DNA of 48,436 bases. Origin: Promethearchaeota archaeon (GTDB lineage: Archaea > Asgardarchaeota > Lokiarchaeia > Sigyniarchaeales > SOKP01). Under the pieces are notes generated by a model. The model did no database searches, was not told the DNA's origin, and worked only from the letters and a program-made list of their open reading frames with translations. The position numbers were made by a program, and so were the translations under genes. Of this stretch, positions 1 to 8,887 are shown piece by piece. Where the stretch lies: positions 1-48,436 of the forward strand of contig JALGVJ010000030.1 in NCBI GenBank assembly GCA_029838195.1. The letters are read 5' to 3'. Position 1 is the first letter of the stretch, and each line of letters opens with the position of its first letter.

Positions 1-816
1 AAAGAGTATGTAGATACTCAAATTGAAAAACAAGTCAAGTCCATTCAAATTCAGTACCTCAAAGATCATTTTCTTACAAGAGAAGAATTTTTAGACGCAA
101 TGAATAAATTAGACAAGCGCTTCGAGGCCATGCAGGAGCAGATGGACAAGCGCTTCGATCAAATGGACAAGCGCTTCGAGGCCATGCAGGAGCAGATGGA
201 CAAGCGCTTCGAGCAGATGGATAAGCGCTTCGAGGCCATGCAGGAGCAGATGGACAAGCGCTTCGAGCAGATGGATAAGCGCTTCGAGGCCATGCAGGAG
301 CAGATGGACAAGCGCTTCGAGGCCATGCAGGAGCAGATGGACAAGCGGTTCGAGCAGATGGACAAGCGATTCGATGCTTTGCAGGAACAGATAGACAAGC
401 GATTTGAAAAGGTCTATGAACGTTTTGAACAAATGGATTTTGGTCGTGCTGAGATCGTTGAGGGAATATTGTATATCGTCGTAAAAAGAGAATTAAAAAA
501 AAGGGGTCATGATGTTAAATTAAAAACCCGTCAGCATTTTACAGATGAGAAATATGAAGTCCATCCCGATACAAAAGACGTGGAGATCGACATGTTGCAT
601 TTGTCCCCGAATATAATTGGAGAGGCAACCTTAAAATTAACCGATGTTGAAAAATTGAGGACTTTTATCCGCAAGATTCAATTCATCGAATCGTATTATG
701 GTGAATCCTTTGAAAGATATTTCTTTTGTTATACAATCTACGATGATGTACGAGCAGAGATAAAACCCTTGCTCGAAAAATATCGGATTGAACTCATCAT
801 CCCTGAAAAATCTTAA
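1..816 (+). CDS. 5'-truncated coiled-coil repeat protein with C-terminal PD-(D/E)xK-like (DUF3782/DUF1626-type) domain
   Basis: Frame is open from base 1 (KEYVDTQIEKQ...), so the ATG at 100 is probably internal. MDKRFE repeats are followed by a domain with E..(VEIDM)..(IGEAT), resembling the E-D-ExK pattern with K replaced by T. Confidence 0.7.
   Translation, partial: KEYVDTQIEKQVKSIQIQYLKDHFLTREEFLDAMNKLDKRFEAMQEQMDKRFDQMDKRFEAMQEQMDKRFEQMDKRFEAMQEQMDKRFEQMDKRFEAMQEQMDKRFEAMQEQMDKRFEQMDKRFDALQEQIDKRFEKVYERFEQMDFGRAEIVEGILYIVVKRELKKRGHDVKLKTRQHFTDEKYEVHPDTKDVEIDMLHLSPNIIGEATLKLTDVEKLRTFIRKIQFIESYYGESFERYFFCYTIYDDVRAEIKPLLEKYRIELIIPEKS
112..435 (+). repeat. Coding tandem repeat of mixed 33-bp (DKRFEAMQEQM) and 21-bp (DKRFEQM) units
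   Basis: Unit order 33,21,33,21,33,21,33,33,21,33,21,21, the last three degenerate. The 33-mer GACAAGCGCTTCGAGGCCATGCAGGAGCAGATG is 20/33 GC. Confidence 0.95.
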
Positions 817-990
817 TTAACCAAAATAAAGAAATTGAAAACCGTGGCTCTCGTTTTTAACTGGCATAAAGAGTTGGCCACGTGAATTTTTATTTTAAAA
901 AAAATCATATTCTTTATTTTAAATCATGAATTTCATGTTTGAAACGTAATTTTAAATTTAAAACAAGGTAAAGAAGTTAATTAAAAAAAG

Positions 991-1353
991 TTAAAGTATT
1001 TTTTCCAAGATTAAATCTTGAATGTAATTTATAAACTCTTCATTTTTAGCAAGTAGCAGGATTAATTCTTGATAATCTCCTGCTTCAATGGATTCAGAGA
1101 ATTTTTTAAGAAAATCATTCGGTTCAAATTTATTTTCTTTTAATTCTTGAAGCACTCGCATGAAAGGCTTCTTATTTAATATGTTTTTTGCTTTTTGGTA
1201 TATCATGTTAATTTCAGATTCATCAAAATTAATATCTTTCATGAAAATGAGCGCTTTTTTAATATTTTGGAGATTAAATACGGATTCATGTTCTTTTGAA
1301 CCGTTATATTCATTTTCTAATCCATCATCTTCATTATTTTTGTTAAAAGACAT
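991..1353 (-). CDS. Hypothetical helical protein, 120 aa
   Basis: ATG start and protein-like composition; no recognisable motif. Confidence 0.65.
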   Translation of the reverse strand: MSFNKNNEDDGLENEYNGSKEHESVFNLQNIKKALIFMKDINFDESEINMIYQKAKNILNKKPFMRVLQELKENKFEPNDFLKKFSESIEAGDYQELILLLAKNEEFINYIQDLILEKIL

Positions 1354-1610
1354 GTAAACATTACTCTAATTTTTAAGCGTTTTTTTACTCATCTTGAATT
1401 ATTTATATTTAAACTCCAAGTTATTCGTGAAATCAAGTTCAAGTAATTAATGTTTTTATTCTTAAAATCAAGTTCACACTTCATTAACGGCGTGAGTTTT
1501 CTAATCCTTAATGCTTTATTAGAAAACATGAAAATTTAAATAAGGAGCATTTACATGAATGATATCTCTTAAAAAATTTAAAAATGGAGAAAAATGCGGT
1601 TGAACGTACG

Positions 1611-1807
1611 ATGGGGGATGATAAACCAAAAAAGAAAAAAAAGAATTAGATAAAGCGTTAAGAATAGGTTTTGCTAAAGTTGCTGGCGCAATCGTGGAAG
1701 AGATCACGGGGTCTGAAGCAACAGGTAAAGGTGTAAAAAAAGCGATTAAAAAGAAAAGCGTGAAAAAAGGGTTGAAAAAAGGCGTGAAAAAAGCCATGGA
1801 TGATTAA
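1611..1807 (+). CDS. Small Lys-rich basic protein (about 65 aa) interrupted by a -1 frameshift in an A-tract
   Basis: Frame from ATG 1611 (or 1584) reads MGDDKPKKKKKN* (TAG 1647-1649). The -1 frame continues EKKELDKALRIGFAKVAGAIVEEITGSEATGKGVKKAIKKKSVKKGLKKGVKKAMDD* (TAA 1805-1807) and has no upstream start of its own. Confidence 0.55.
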
Positions 1808-1941
1808 ATTCGAAATAATCCTCTCATTCCCATTAAGGCTAAAATTAAATCTTAATCCATATATTTATTTTTGTAAATTTATAATTAAAAAAGTTCACGT
1901 TCTTACTTGTTGTTAATTTAAATAAAAAAAAATGTAACTAA

Positions 1942-3594
1942 TTACTGCTTTTTCAACACCTTAATAGTTTTTTCTACGACATTTTGATTTCCATGATTAT
2001 CTAAGATTTTTAGTCGTGCCAAATAAGTACCTGCTTTCTGATAGGCGTGGCGTGTTAAAATTACATCACTGGTTTCTCCATCTCCAAACTCCCACATTAA
2101 TTTTAACAGGATGCTTTTTGGGGCGTTTAATACGGTAGGAACAAAGAGAGCTTTAAATTCTTCTTCAAAAGGATAGGGAAAAATCATAAAATCACCCGAT
2201 GGAGGCGGTATTTCTTTTTTAGGTGTTATCAGGGAATTAAAATCGCTTAATGTTCCATCTGCTTTCTTGATTTCTGGGGCGGGAATTTTCATGAGATTTT
2301 GTATTATATCCACGTGAGCTTTAACCGTTCTTTCTAGCTGATTAGGCGTAATTTTTTCGATGGTATCATATTTAGTATGATAAAATATGCTTTTTCCAAT
2401 AATCATGATGCATGGTATTTTATTGAAAATGAATGGGGGGAGATCGCTGACGGGGAGCGTCTTGGCCGAAACGTAAGCTGAGGGGTACAATTCATGTTTT
2501 TGAACGCTATCAATGACTAAAGGTGCAATAATCCTATTGTCTGATATGAATAATCCTCTTTTTTCATCTTGCTCCGTTTTGATGACCGCACCGTCTGCTT
2601 GATTATAATATCCTTTAGAACCAAATCCATCCAGCATGATAAAAGTACAAATTTTAGGCAAGAGTTCTTGATATGTTTTAACGAATTTATCAACTCCTAT
2701 TAATCCTAACTCGTGTCCCGTCCATCCTACAAGCATCAAGGTCTTTTCTCGTTTTTCCAATGGTACTTGAGCAAAATATTTTGCTATTGCAATGAGACCT
2801 GCATTTGCTCCAGCATTATCCATAGCACCCGTAAACGTAGAATCCACATGCGTACCCAGTAAAATTATATCTTCTGTCGTGCCGGATAACGTTCCAATTA
2901 TAAAATTACTTTTTGCTTTTTTCTTTTCGACTACTTGTATTAAATTCACCCGTGTTGTTGAATCTTGTTGAGAACATAAGTATTTTAAAAATTGTCCATC
3001 AGGTGTACTAATGGAAACTGCCGGAATTCTTCTCTTCCAGCCATAAATACTATCAAAAGAAGCATAAGTTATCGCATCGAGAGGAGATCCATTTATTATT
3101 ATAGCTCCGAGCGCCCCTCTTTCCTTTGCTAATTCAATTGAATTAAATAACATTTCATGGCAAGTTGGATAAAAATTTAAGATCATTTTTCCTTCAATTA
3201 ATACAATTTTATTCGAAACCTTCTTCCTTTTAAAATCCATTGTAGTACCCGCTCCAACATGCGTTAATTCGGCAGTAATTCCCTCTAAATCAGTAGAACC
3301 ACTCAGGACGTAAGGAAAGCATTCAATTACATGATCCTCATCTAACAATGGCGTACTTTCCGCAAGCACGGTAAGGTGATATTTTTTAGGCCACCATCTT
3401 GGAAACGTGAATTCTTCCAATTTAACATCATCAATTCCCACTTCTCTTAATTTTGAAGCAATAAATTTTTCAGCTTCTATCGCTTCCGGCGTTCCCGCCA
3501 ATCTATATCCAAATTCGCAGATTCGTTTGGCAATATTATAAATTTCTTCCCCTTTTATCCTATCAAGTTTTTCCATATCTCGAAACCTTTTCAA
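1942..3594 (-). CDS. M28-family metallopeptidase with PA insert and C-terminal PKD domain
   Basis: HVDS...GAMDNAG, TGHELG, SDLPPF and YHTKYDT motifs; PA-like A..RGALGAIIIN; PKD-like WEFGDG...RHAY...GTY. Confidence 0.85.
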   Translation of the reverse strand: MKRFRDMEKLDRIKGEEIYNIAKRICEFGYRLAGTPEAIEAEKFIASKLREVGIDDVKLEEFTFPRWWPKKYHLTVLAESTPLLDEDHVIECFPYVLSGSTDLEGITAELTHVGAGTTMDFKRKKVSNKIVLIEGKMILNFYPTCHEMLFNSIELAKERGALGAIIINGSPLDAITYASFDSIYGWKRRIPAVSISTPDGQFLKYLCSQQDSTTRVNLIQVVEKKKAKSNFIIGTLSGTTEDIILLGTHVDSTFTGAMDNAGANAGLIAIAKYFAQVPLEKREKTLMLVGWTGHELGLIGVDKFVKTYQELLPKICTFIMLDGFGSKGYYNQADGAVIKTEQDEKRGLFISDNRIIAPLVIDSVQKHELYPSAYVSAKTLPVSDLPPFIFNKIPCIMIIGKSIFYHTKYDTIEKITPNQLERTVKAHVDIIQNLMKIPAPEIKKADGTLSDFNSLITPKKEIPPPSGDFMIFPYPFEEEFKALFVPTVLNAPKSILLKLMWEFGDGETSDVILTRHAYQKAGTYLARLKILDNHGNQNVVEKTIKVLKKQ

Positions 3595-3739
3595 TTAATA
3601 ATCCGGAATGATAAGGAGGAACATGACATTTATTATAAATTTTAAAAAAATTTCTATTTTATTATTTGCGGGGCAAGATATCTTAATTATTAATATACTT
3701 CTTTAGCAGAGACCGGAGTTAGAGCTTGTTTGAGAAAAA

Positions 3740-4858
3740 TTAATATGCTTTAACCCCATTACTTGTTTTTATAATGAAAGGTTCTCCTCCAGCATTTTCA
3801 ATAGCTCGGGTAAGTTCAGATTCCTTTCCTGGTGGAGCAAGAGCAAACATCGTGCCTCCAAAACCAGAACCATTTATTTTCGCTCCTAAAGCCCCTGAAT
3901 TCAGGCAATTAGTTATCATAGTATCAATTTTCTTGGTAGAAATTTTTATATTCATTTTCAATTGCTCGTGATGTTGATTCAATAAAGTTCCCAATTTTTG
4001 ATAAAAATAATTCAAGTTCTGGCCATTGGATTGATCTTTTAAAATGTTCACGCTATTCCTAATTAATTCTGAGGCTTTTCTCGTGAGGTCACGATTAATT
4101 ATATTACCAATTATCTTTTCTTGATGTTCTTTATTGAGATTTGGTAAAAATAGTTTCACATCCTTAAGAGACGTTTGATGGGGATCAAATTGAGGCATGA
4201 TTTCTTTCAACGCATTAAACGCTTCCGTAGCAATTTTTTTCACGAGGATTAAATCTTTTACGGTATCTTTTTTCTCTAACGAATTTCCTAAAACAAATCC
4301 GTCCAGTTTTACATTGAACTTTCGATAAGACGGCTGTTCTCTTTCACATTTTAAGTAAATCAGATTGCCATGTACAGAGATAAAATGATCCATCATCCCC
4401 CCACTTTCGTGAAATTCTTCCACTTCTGAAGCATACCCTTCTAATGCCAATTGAGAGGAAGTGAATGGCATCCCACTAATTAAATTTAAAAAATATAACC
4501 AGGCGATAATGAGGGCAGAAGAACTTGCAACACCTGCATTAATTGGAATATCCCCCGAAATTTTTACTTGGTATCCTTTATTAAATTTTATCCTTTTCCT
4601 TATAAAATGATTGTATCCGCTTTTTAAATAATCTCTATTTGTAGTATATTCGATTTCTTTATTATTCAATTTAATTTCAAATCGCTCCTTTAAATCAAGA
4701 AGGTCTACAATAAGGAAGGGTTCAGCTATTTTTTTTGCCTCTAAATAAATATATTTGGAAATAGCCATTCCAATTACCGGAAATCCAAGATAATCTTGAT
4801 GTTCTCCAAACAAACAAATCCTACCCGGCGCTCGAACTCTAATTCTATCCATGAACAT
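3740..4858 (-). CDS. galK: Galactokinase-like GHMP kinase
   Basis: APGRICLFGEHQDY, IPINAGVASSSA and GAKINGSGFGG motifs. Confidence 0.85.
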   Translation of the reverse strand: MFMDRIRVRAPGRICLFGEHQDYLGFPVIGMAISKYIYLEAKKIAEPFLIVDLLDLKERFEIKLNNKEIEYTTNRDYLKSGYNHFIRKRIKFNKGYQVKISGDIPINAGVASSSALIIAWLYFLNLISGMPFTSSQLALEGYASEVEEFHESGGMMDHFISVHGNLIYLKCEREQPSYRKFNVKLDGFVLGNSLEKKDTVKDLILVKKIATEAFNALKEIMPQFDPHQTSLKDVKLFLPNLNKEHQEKIIGNIINRDLTRKASELIRNSVNILKDQSNGQNLNYFYQKLGTLLNQHHEQLKMNIKISTKKIDTMITNCLNSGALGAKINGSGFGGTMFALAPPGKESELTRAIENAGGEPFIIKTSNGVKAY

Positions 4859-4877
4859 GAGTTTTTACCTCTTAAAA

Positions 4878-5043
4878 TTACTTAATGAGACGAATCTTGT
4901 GATGATTAATAAGTAACGGTCTTTTATCTTTTCCTTTTTCTTCCTCCCTTTTATTCATGAATTTATCAACCATTTTCAAATTCACTGATTTTTTTCCTTG
5001 AATTTGAAATAATAATTAAGAATGTTTTTGACACCTTCTTAAT
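4878..5043. promoter_or_regulatory. Three consecutive inverted repeats upstream of galK
   Basis: TTACTTA 4878-4884 / TAAGTAA 4910-4916; TTTCAAATTCA 4974-4984 / TGAATTTGAAA 4999-5009; ATTAAGAA 5015-5022 / TTCTTAAT 5036-5043. Confidence 0.4.
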
Positions 5044-5172
5044 AAAACGGGATCATGAAGATGGAATTCCCTATAGCTCATTCTCAAAAATAATCTAAAT
5101 TATCTTGACAGAATAGAATTCAATGATTTTAGGTGCCATGATCTTTTAAAAAGAAAAAAATACATGGCCATA

Positions 5173-6252
5173 TTAATCTGAAGAGAAATCAAGAAGAAAA
5201 CCCGTGACTAATTTAATTGCTCCGATTAAATCATTTTTATCAATGATCGTACAAGGTGAATGAATATACCTTCCCGGCACGCTCACGACGCCACAAGGAA
5301 TCCCTGCTCTCGTTAAATGGATTGCTCCAGCATCAGTTCCGCCCCTAGATGGAACTTTAAATTGATAAAGAATATCATATTTTTCAGCAACTTTAATTAA
5401 TCGTTCGATAACCATCTTAGACGCAATCATCGAAGAATCTACCAGCGTAATTACAGGACCCTTTCCTAAAATAGAAGGACATTTTTGTGGAAGGACACCT
5501 GGCACGTCAGCAGCCGTTGTATTCTCACAAGCGATGCCCATTTCAATATTATACTTTTTGTCCAAGAAATAAGCAGAAGTTCTTGCCCCTCTTAGCCCCA
5601 CTTCCTCTTGGGTTGACCAAGAAAAACATGTAGTGCGCGGGATCTCTTTATCATGAATGTTAATTAATGTTTGAATGAGGATATTACATCCGGATCTATC
5701 ATCAAACGCTTTTCCTTTTAAAAGTCCTCCTGGCAATTCTTGAAATCCCGAATAAAGCGTGCCCACGGTGCCGACTTTTACTCCCATTTTTTCTGCCTCT
5801 TCCTTGGAACGAAACCCAAAATCTATGAATAATTTTTCCACGGGAATGGGTTTTTTTCTCTCGCTTTCTGGAACAACATGAGGGGGTAACGCTCCAATAA
5901 CGCCATGAAGACGATGATGTTCCGGTTCTACGATTACGCTTTGTCCCAATAATACACGCTCATCCCACCCTCCCATGAGCATGAAATAAGCAAATCCTTT
6001 TTCATTTATATGGGTGATGATAAATCCAATTTCATCCGTGTGAGCATCCAATAAGAGGGCGTGATGATCTTTCTGGCCATTAATTACAGCCATTAAATTT
6101 CCATGGGCGTCAATCCAATACTTATCCACGTATTGTTCTATTTCGCTAATGATGAATTGAACCACCTTTTCTTCATTGCCAGATACCCCCAGCATGTCAG
6201 AAAGTAGTCTTTGACGCTCAATTACTTGTTTTTCATTTATCTCATCAAACAT
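5173..6252 (-). CDS. M42-family (TET-like) aminopeptidase
   Basis: DAHTDEIG, GKAFDDRSG, TQEEVGLRGA, GGTDAG and RYIHSP motifs. ATG at 6252 preferred over TTG at 6315. Confidence 0.92.
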   Translation of the reverse strand: MFDEINEKQVIERQRLLSDMLGVSGNEEKVVQFIISEIEQYVDKYWIDAHGNLMAVINGQKDHHALLLDAHTDEIGFIITHINEKGFAYFMLMGGWDERVLLGQSVIVEPEHHRLHGVIGALPPHVVPESERKKPIPVEKLFIDFGFRSKEEAEKMGVKVGTVGTLYSGFQELPGGLLKGKAFDDRSGCNILIQTLINIHDKEIPRTTCFSWSTQEEVGLRGARTSAYFLDKKYNIEMGIACENTTAADVPGVLPQKCPSILGKGPVITLVDSSMIASKMVIERLIKVAEKYDILYQFKVPSRGGTDAGAIHLTRAGIPCGVVSVPGRYIHSPCTIIDKNDLIGAIKLVTGFLLDFSSD

Positions 6253-6437
6253 GTTAAAGAACAATAATAATAGAATAAAATTAAATCTTGTTCCTAATAC
6301 GGTTTTTGACTCCAATCAGTATTCATCATGCAATAAAAGAAAGACTATTATCACGAATGAGAATGGTTGGATATGAAGAATTTATATAGGTTCACGTCTA
6401 CATTTTAATTATTAGATCAAAAAAATAAGGTTATACC

Positions 6438-7703
6438 ATGGCGCATTTCTCCTTTACTGAATTTGAACGAAACATCGGAATGAGACAATTTTATGCGCTT
6501 CTCCTATTATTAATCACGCTGTCCTTGTTTTTCTTTCAAGCACTTAGATCGTACGTGCCCAGCGTGTATATTGCCATGTTTTACGTGGTCTTTGGACATG
6601 AAGTTGTGAAAAATTTCCTAATCATGATAACCTTAATTTTTTATTTATTACCCGCCATGACAAATACTCTATGTAAAAAATTTGGTATCGAAAAAATCAT
6701 GAAGTTTTCTATTTATTTCACCATTGTGAGCAGGTTATTTCTTGCTTTTCATTTACCAAATTTAATCCAAGTCCTTCTCTCGGGATTCATCATATTATTT
6801 TATTGCATGTTCTTGAGTACGTTTTTAACAAGCTGGATGAATATTAATCTCCAAATAGAATCTAATAACAAGATTACTCTGGTTGTTTTTTCTCTCTACT
6901 GCGCATTTTTACTTGATTATCTCATCAGAACTCTCGGCTTCACGGCTGATCTTTCCTTGCTTCCTCCCGGATGGCTGGCGGATTATTGGTATCTCACGCA
7001 ATACCTTTGGCTAGTAATACAAGTCCCCCTGACCGTGATTCTATTTTACTATACCCGGACCAGTTTTCCAACAATTCTCTTCACATTCCAGGAACCGAAA
7101 GAAAGAAACGTGTCCCTGACAACTAAACTTTCCCTCATTTTCATTGGAATGGGTGCTATATTTTTTCTACTATTCAATTTACTCTTATATCCAAACATTA
7201 TTTCTCATTATACGAACACGGAGTATCACCTAAATAATATCTTGAATGTTTCTGCATTGTTAATCACCGTGTTAATGATTTTAAAAATGAAACGCTCCTA
7301 TTTCATCAACATGACTGTTATGGCTATATTAAATTCATTTTGGATAATTATCTTGTTCCTATTCTTATTTTTGGGAAGATTATTAACTTATATCGCAAGC
7401 GTTCTCATTTCGATCTCTCTCATCTTTCTTTATCTCGATTTATACGTGCTATTTACTCACATGGCGCTTATCTCATTTAAATGGGAAATAATAAAAACGA
7501 TTTCAAACCTCCTTGCCATTAGTTTGGCTTTTTACGTGATTTTCTTAGTGCTCCATGTCATTTCCACCGATTGGGCCTATGTTCTTGCATTCATGAAAGG
7601 AATGGACCCCATTATCGTATTTCTCGCAGGAATAACGTGCTCCATTACTACCTTACTTTCCATCCATCTTCAACAAAAAAGAGGTGAGACTAAGCATGAA
7701 TAG
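6438..7703 (+). CDS. Polytopic membrane protein resembling the membrane part of Cwh43/PGAP2IP
   Basis: About 11-12 hydrophobic segments; C-terminal VLHVISTDWAYV; overlaps the downstream EEP gene. Confidence 0.7.
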   Translation: MAHFSFTEFERNIGMRQFYALLLLLITLSLFFFQALRSYVPSVYIAMFYVVFGHEVVKNFLIMITLIFYLLPAMTNTLCKKFGIEKIMKFSIYFTIVSRLFLAFHLPNLIQVLLSGFIILFYCMFLSTFLTSWMNINLQIESNNKITLVVFSLYCAFLLDYLIRTLGFTADLSLLPPGWLADYWYLTQYLWLVIQVPLTVILFYYTRTSFPTILFTFQEPKERNVSLTTKLSLIFIGMGAIFFLLFNLLLYPNIISHYTNTEYHLNNILNVSALLITVLMILKMKRSYFINMTVMAILNSFWIIILFLFLFLGRLLTYIASVLISISLIFLYLDLYVLFTHMALISFKWEIIKTISNLLAISLAFYVIFLVLHVISTDWAYVLAFMKGMDPIIVFLAGITCSITTLLSIHLQQKRGETKHE

Positions 7704-8505
7704 AAAAGGAAAAATAATCATTGCTTTAGTATTAATCTCTCCTTTAATCACCGCATTCTTAATGATGAGTTTAGAAAAAAACCCACCACTCATTGAAAGT
7801 AAGAATCCCATTACGTTTATGACCTATAACATTCATTTTGGCCAAGGTGGGGACGACTTATTGAATCTTGAACGCATTGCCCAAAACATTTTGTTAGATG
7901 ATCCCGATATCATCGGTTTGCAAGAAGTAGAACGAGGGCGCATCACCTCACAAGGAGTGGACATGGCCTACTGGCTAGCGAAAAGGTTAAACATGTATTA
8001 CTACTATTTCAATCCTCCTTCTAATAAACACGTCATGGGAAATGCTATTTTGAGTAAATTTCCCATCGTGTCCGCAAGAGGATATTCTCTTCCAAGCATC
8101 TTACAAGAACGAGTGTATATTCATTGCATCATTCGCGTGAGTCCAACGCTTACTCTCGATGTATTCAATACTCACCTTGGAATCCGTAATGAAAACAAGT
8201 ACGCTCAAGTAAATTACTTGTTAAATAAAATCGTGGAACTTTCCACGCCTTCCACCCCCACGCTCTTGATGGGGGATCTGAATCTAAGAAGAACTTCCCC
8301 CGAAATCCAACCCCTCTTGACATATTTTACCGATACGGGGTCAATCGTGGCTTCAAGTGAACGGGCTAATATCGACTATATTCTCGTGCGAGGGCATGAA
8401 AGCATCATCGAATATCACGTGGTCAATGACATGCTCCCCAACATTGATAGCCCCGCTGAGTTTGGGTCTGATCATCTACCGGTAGTCTCTACCATCCTCT
8501 TTTAA
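7696..8505 (+). CDS. Membrane-anchored endonuclease/exonuclease/phosphatase (EEP) protein, Cwh43 C-terminal-like
   Basis: TYNIHFG, DIIGLQE, GNAILSKFPI, NTHL, MGDLN, IDYI and SDHLPV motifs; N-terminal TM helix; SD-like GAGGTGA at 7681-7687 before ATG 7696. Confidence 0.88.
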   Translation: MNRKGKIIIALVLISPLITAFLMMSLEKNPPLIESKNPITFMTYNIHFGQGGDDLLNLERIAQNILLDDPDIIGLQEVERGRITSQGVDMAYWLAKRLNMYYYYFNPPSNKHVMGNAILSKFPIVSARGYSLPSILQERVYIHCIIRVSPTLTLDVFNTHLGIRNENKYAQVNYLLNKIVELSTPSTPTLLMGDLNLRRTSPEIQPLLTYFTDTGSIVASSERANIDYILVRGHESIIEYHVVNDMLPNIDSPAEFGSDHLPVVSTILF

Positions 8506-8887
8506 TTTATTTTAATAGGTGTTTTTTCTTTTGATGGGATTGAAATTACCGTTTTTTAACTTTTAACTTCATGTTAATTTTTCACTCTACATTCAATGAA
8601 TTCTAGCTTGTTAACGGCACGTAGTAAGTTTCGCTTGAATTCGTTTTTAACTCCAAATTGTTTCACATGTATTATCCACGCAAGAATAATGTTATCACGT
8701 TTTTGCCTTCCTCTGAAACTTTTTAAACGTCCTTTTCTAAAATTGAAGAGATTCTCTCGTAAAAAAATCTTCACCACCTTCATTTTCATTCTTATAGTAA
8801 AAATATTTATAAGATACGATTCAAACTCTATTAATTATATTAAAATATTTTAACTCGAATTATAAATTACTCGATAAAAAATTAAAA

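Noticed and set aside
109-432. Antisense ORFs 109-432 and 159-398
   Set aside because: Shadows of the coding repeat.
112-435. Repeat array as a CRISPR
   Set aside because: No unique spacers; units are multiples of 3 and in frame within a CDS; no cas genes.
841-884. Integron attC site or SECIS element
   Set aside because: Too short for attC, neighbouring genes are not a co-oriented cassette array, and there is no integrase; no SECIS core or in-frame UGA selenoprotein seen.
1519-1797. 92-aa Phe-rich minus-strand ORF
   Set aside because: Antisense shadow of the Lys-rich plus-strand frame.
8574-8853. Two overlapping short ORFs in an intergenic gap
   Set aside because: No motifs, atypical composition and mutually antisense; treated as non-coding.
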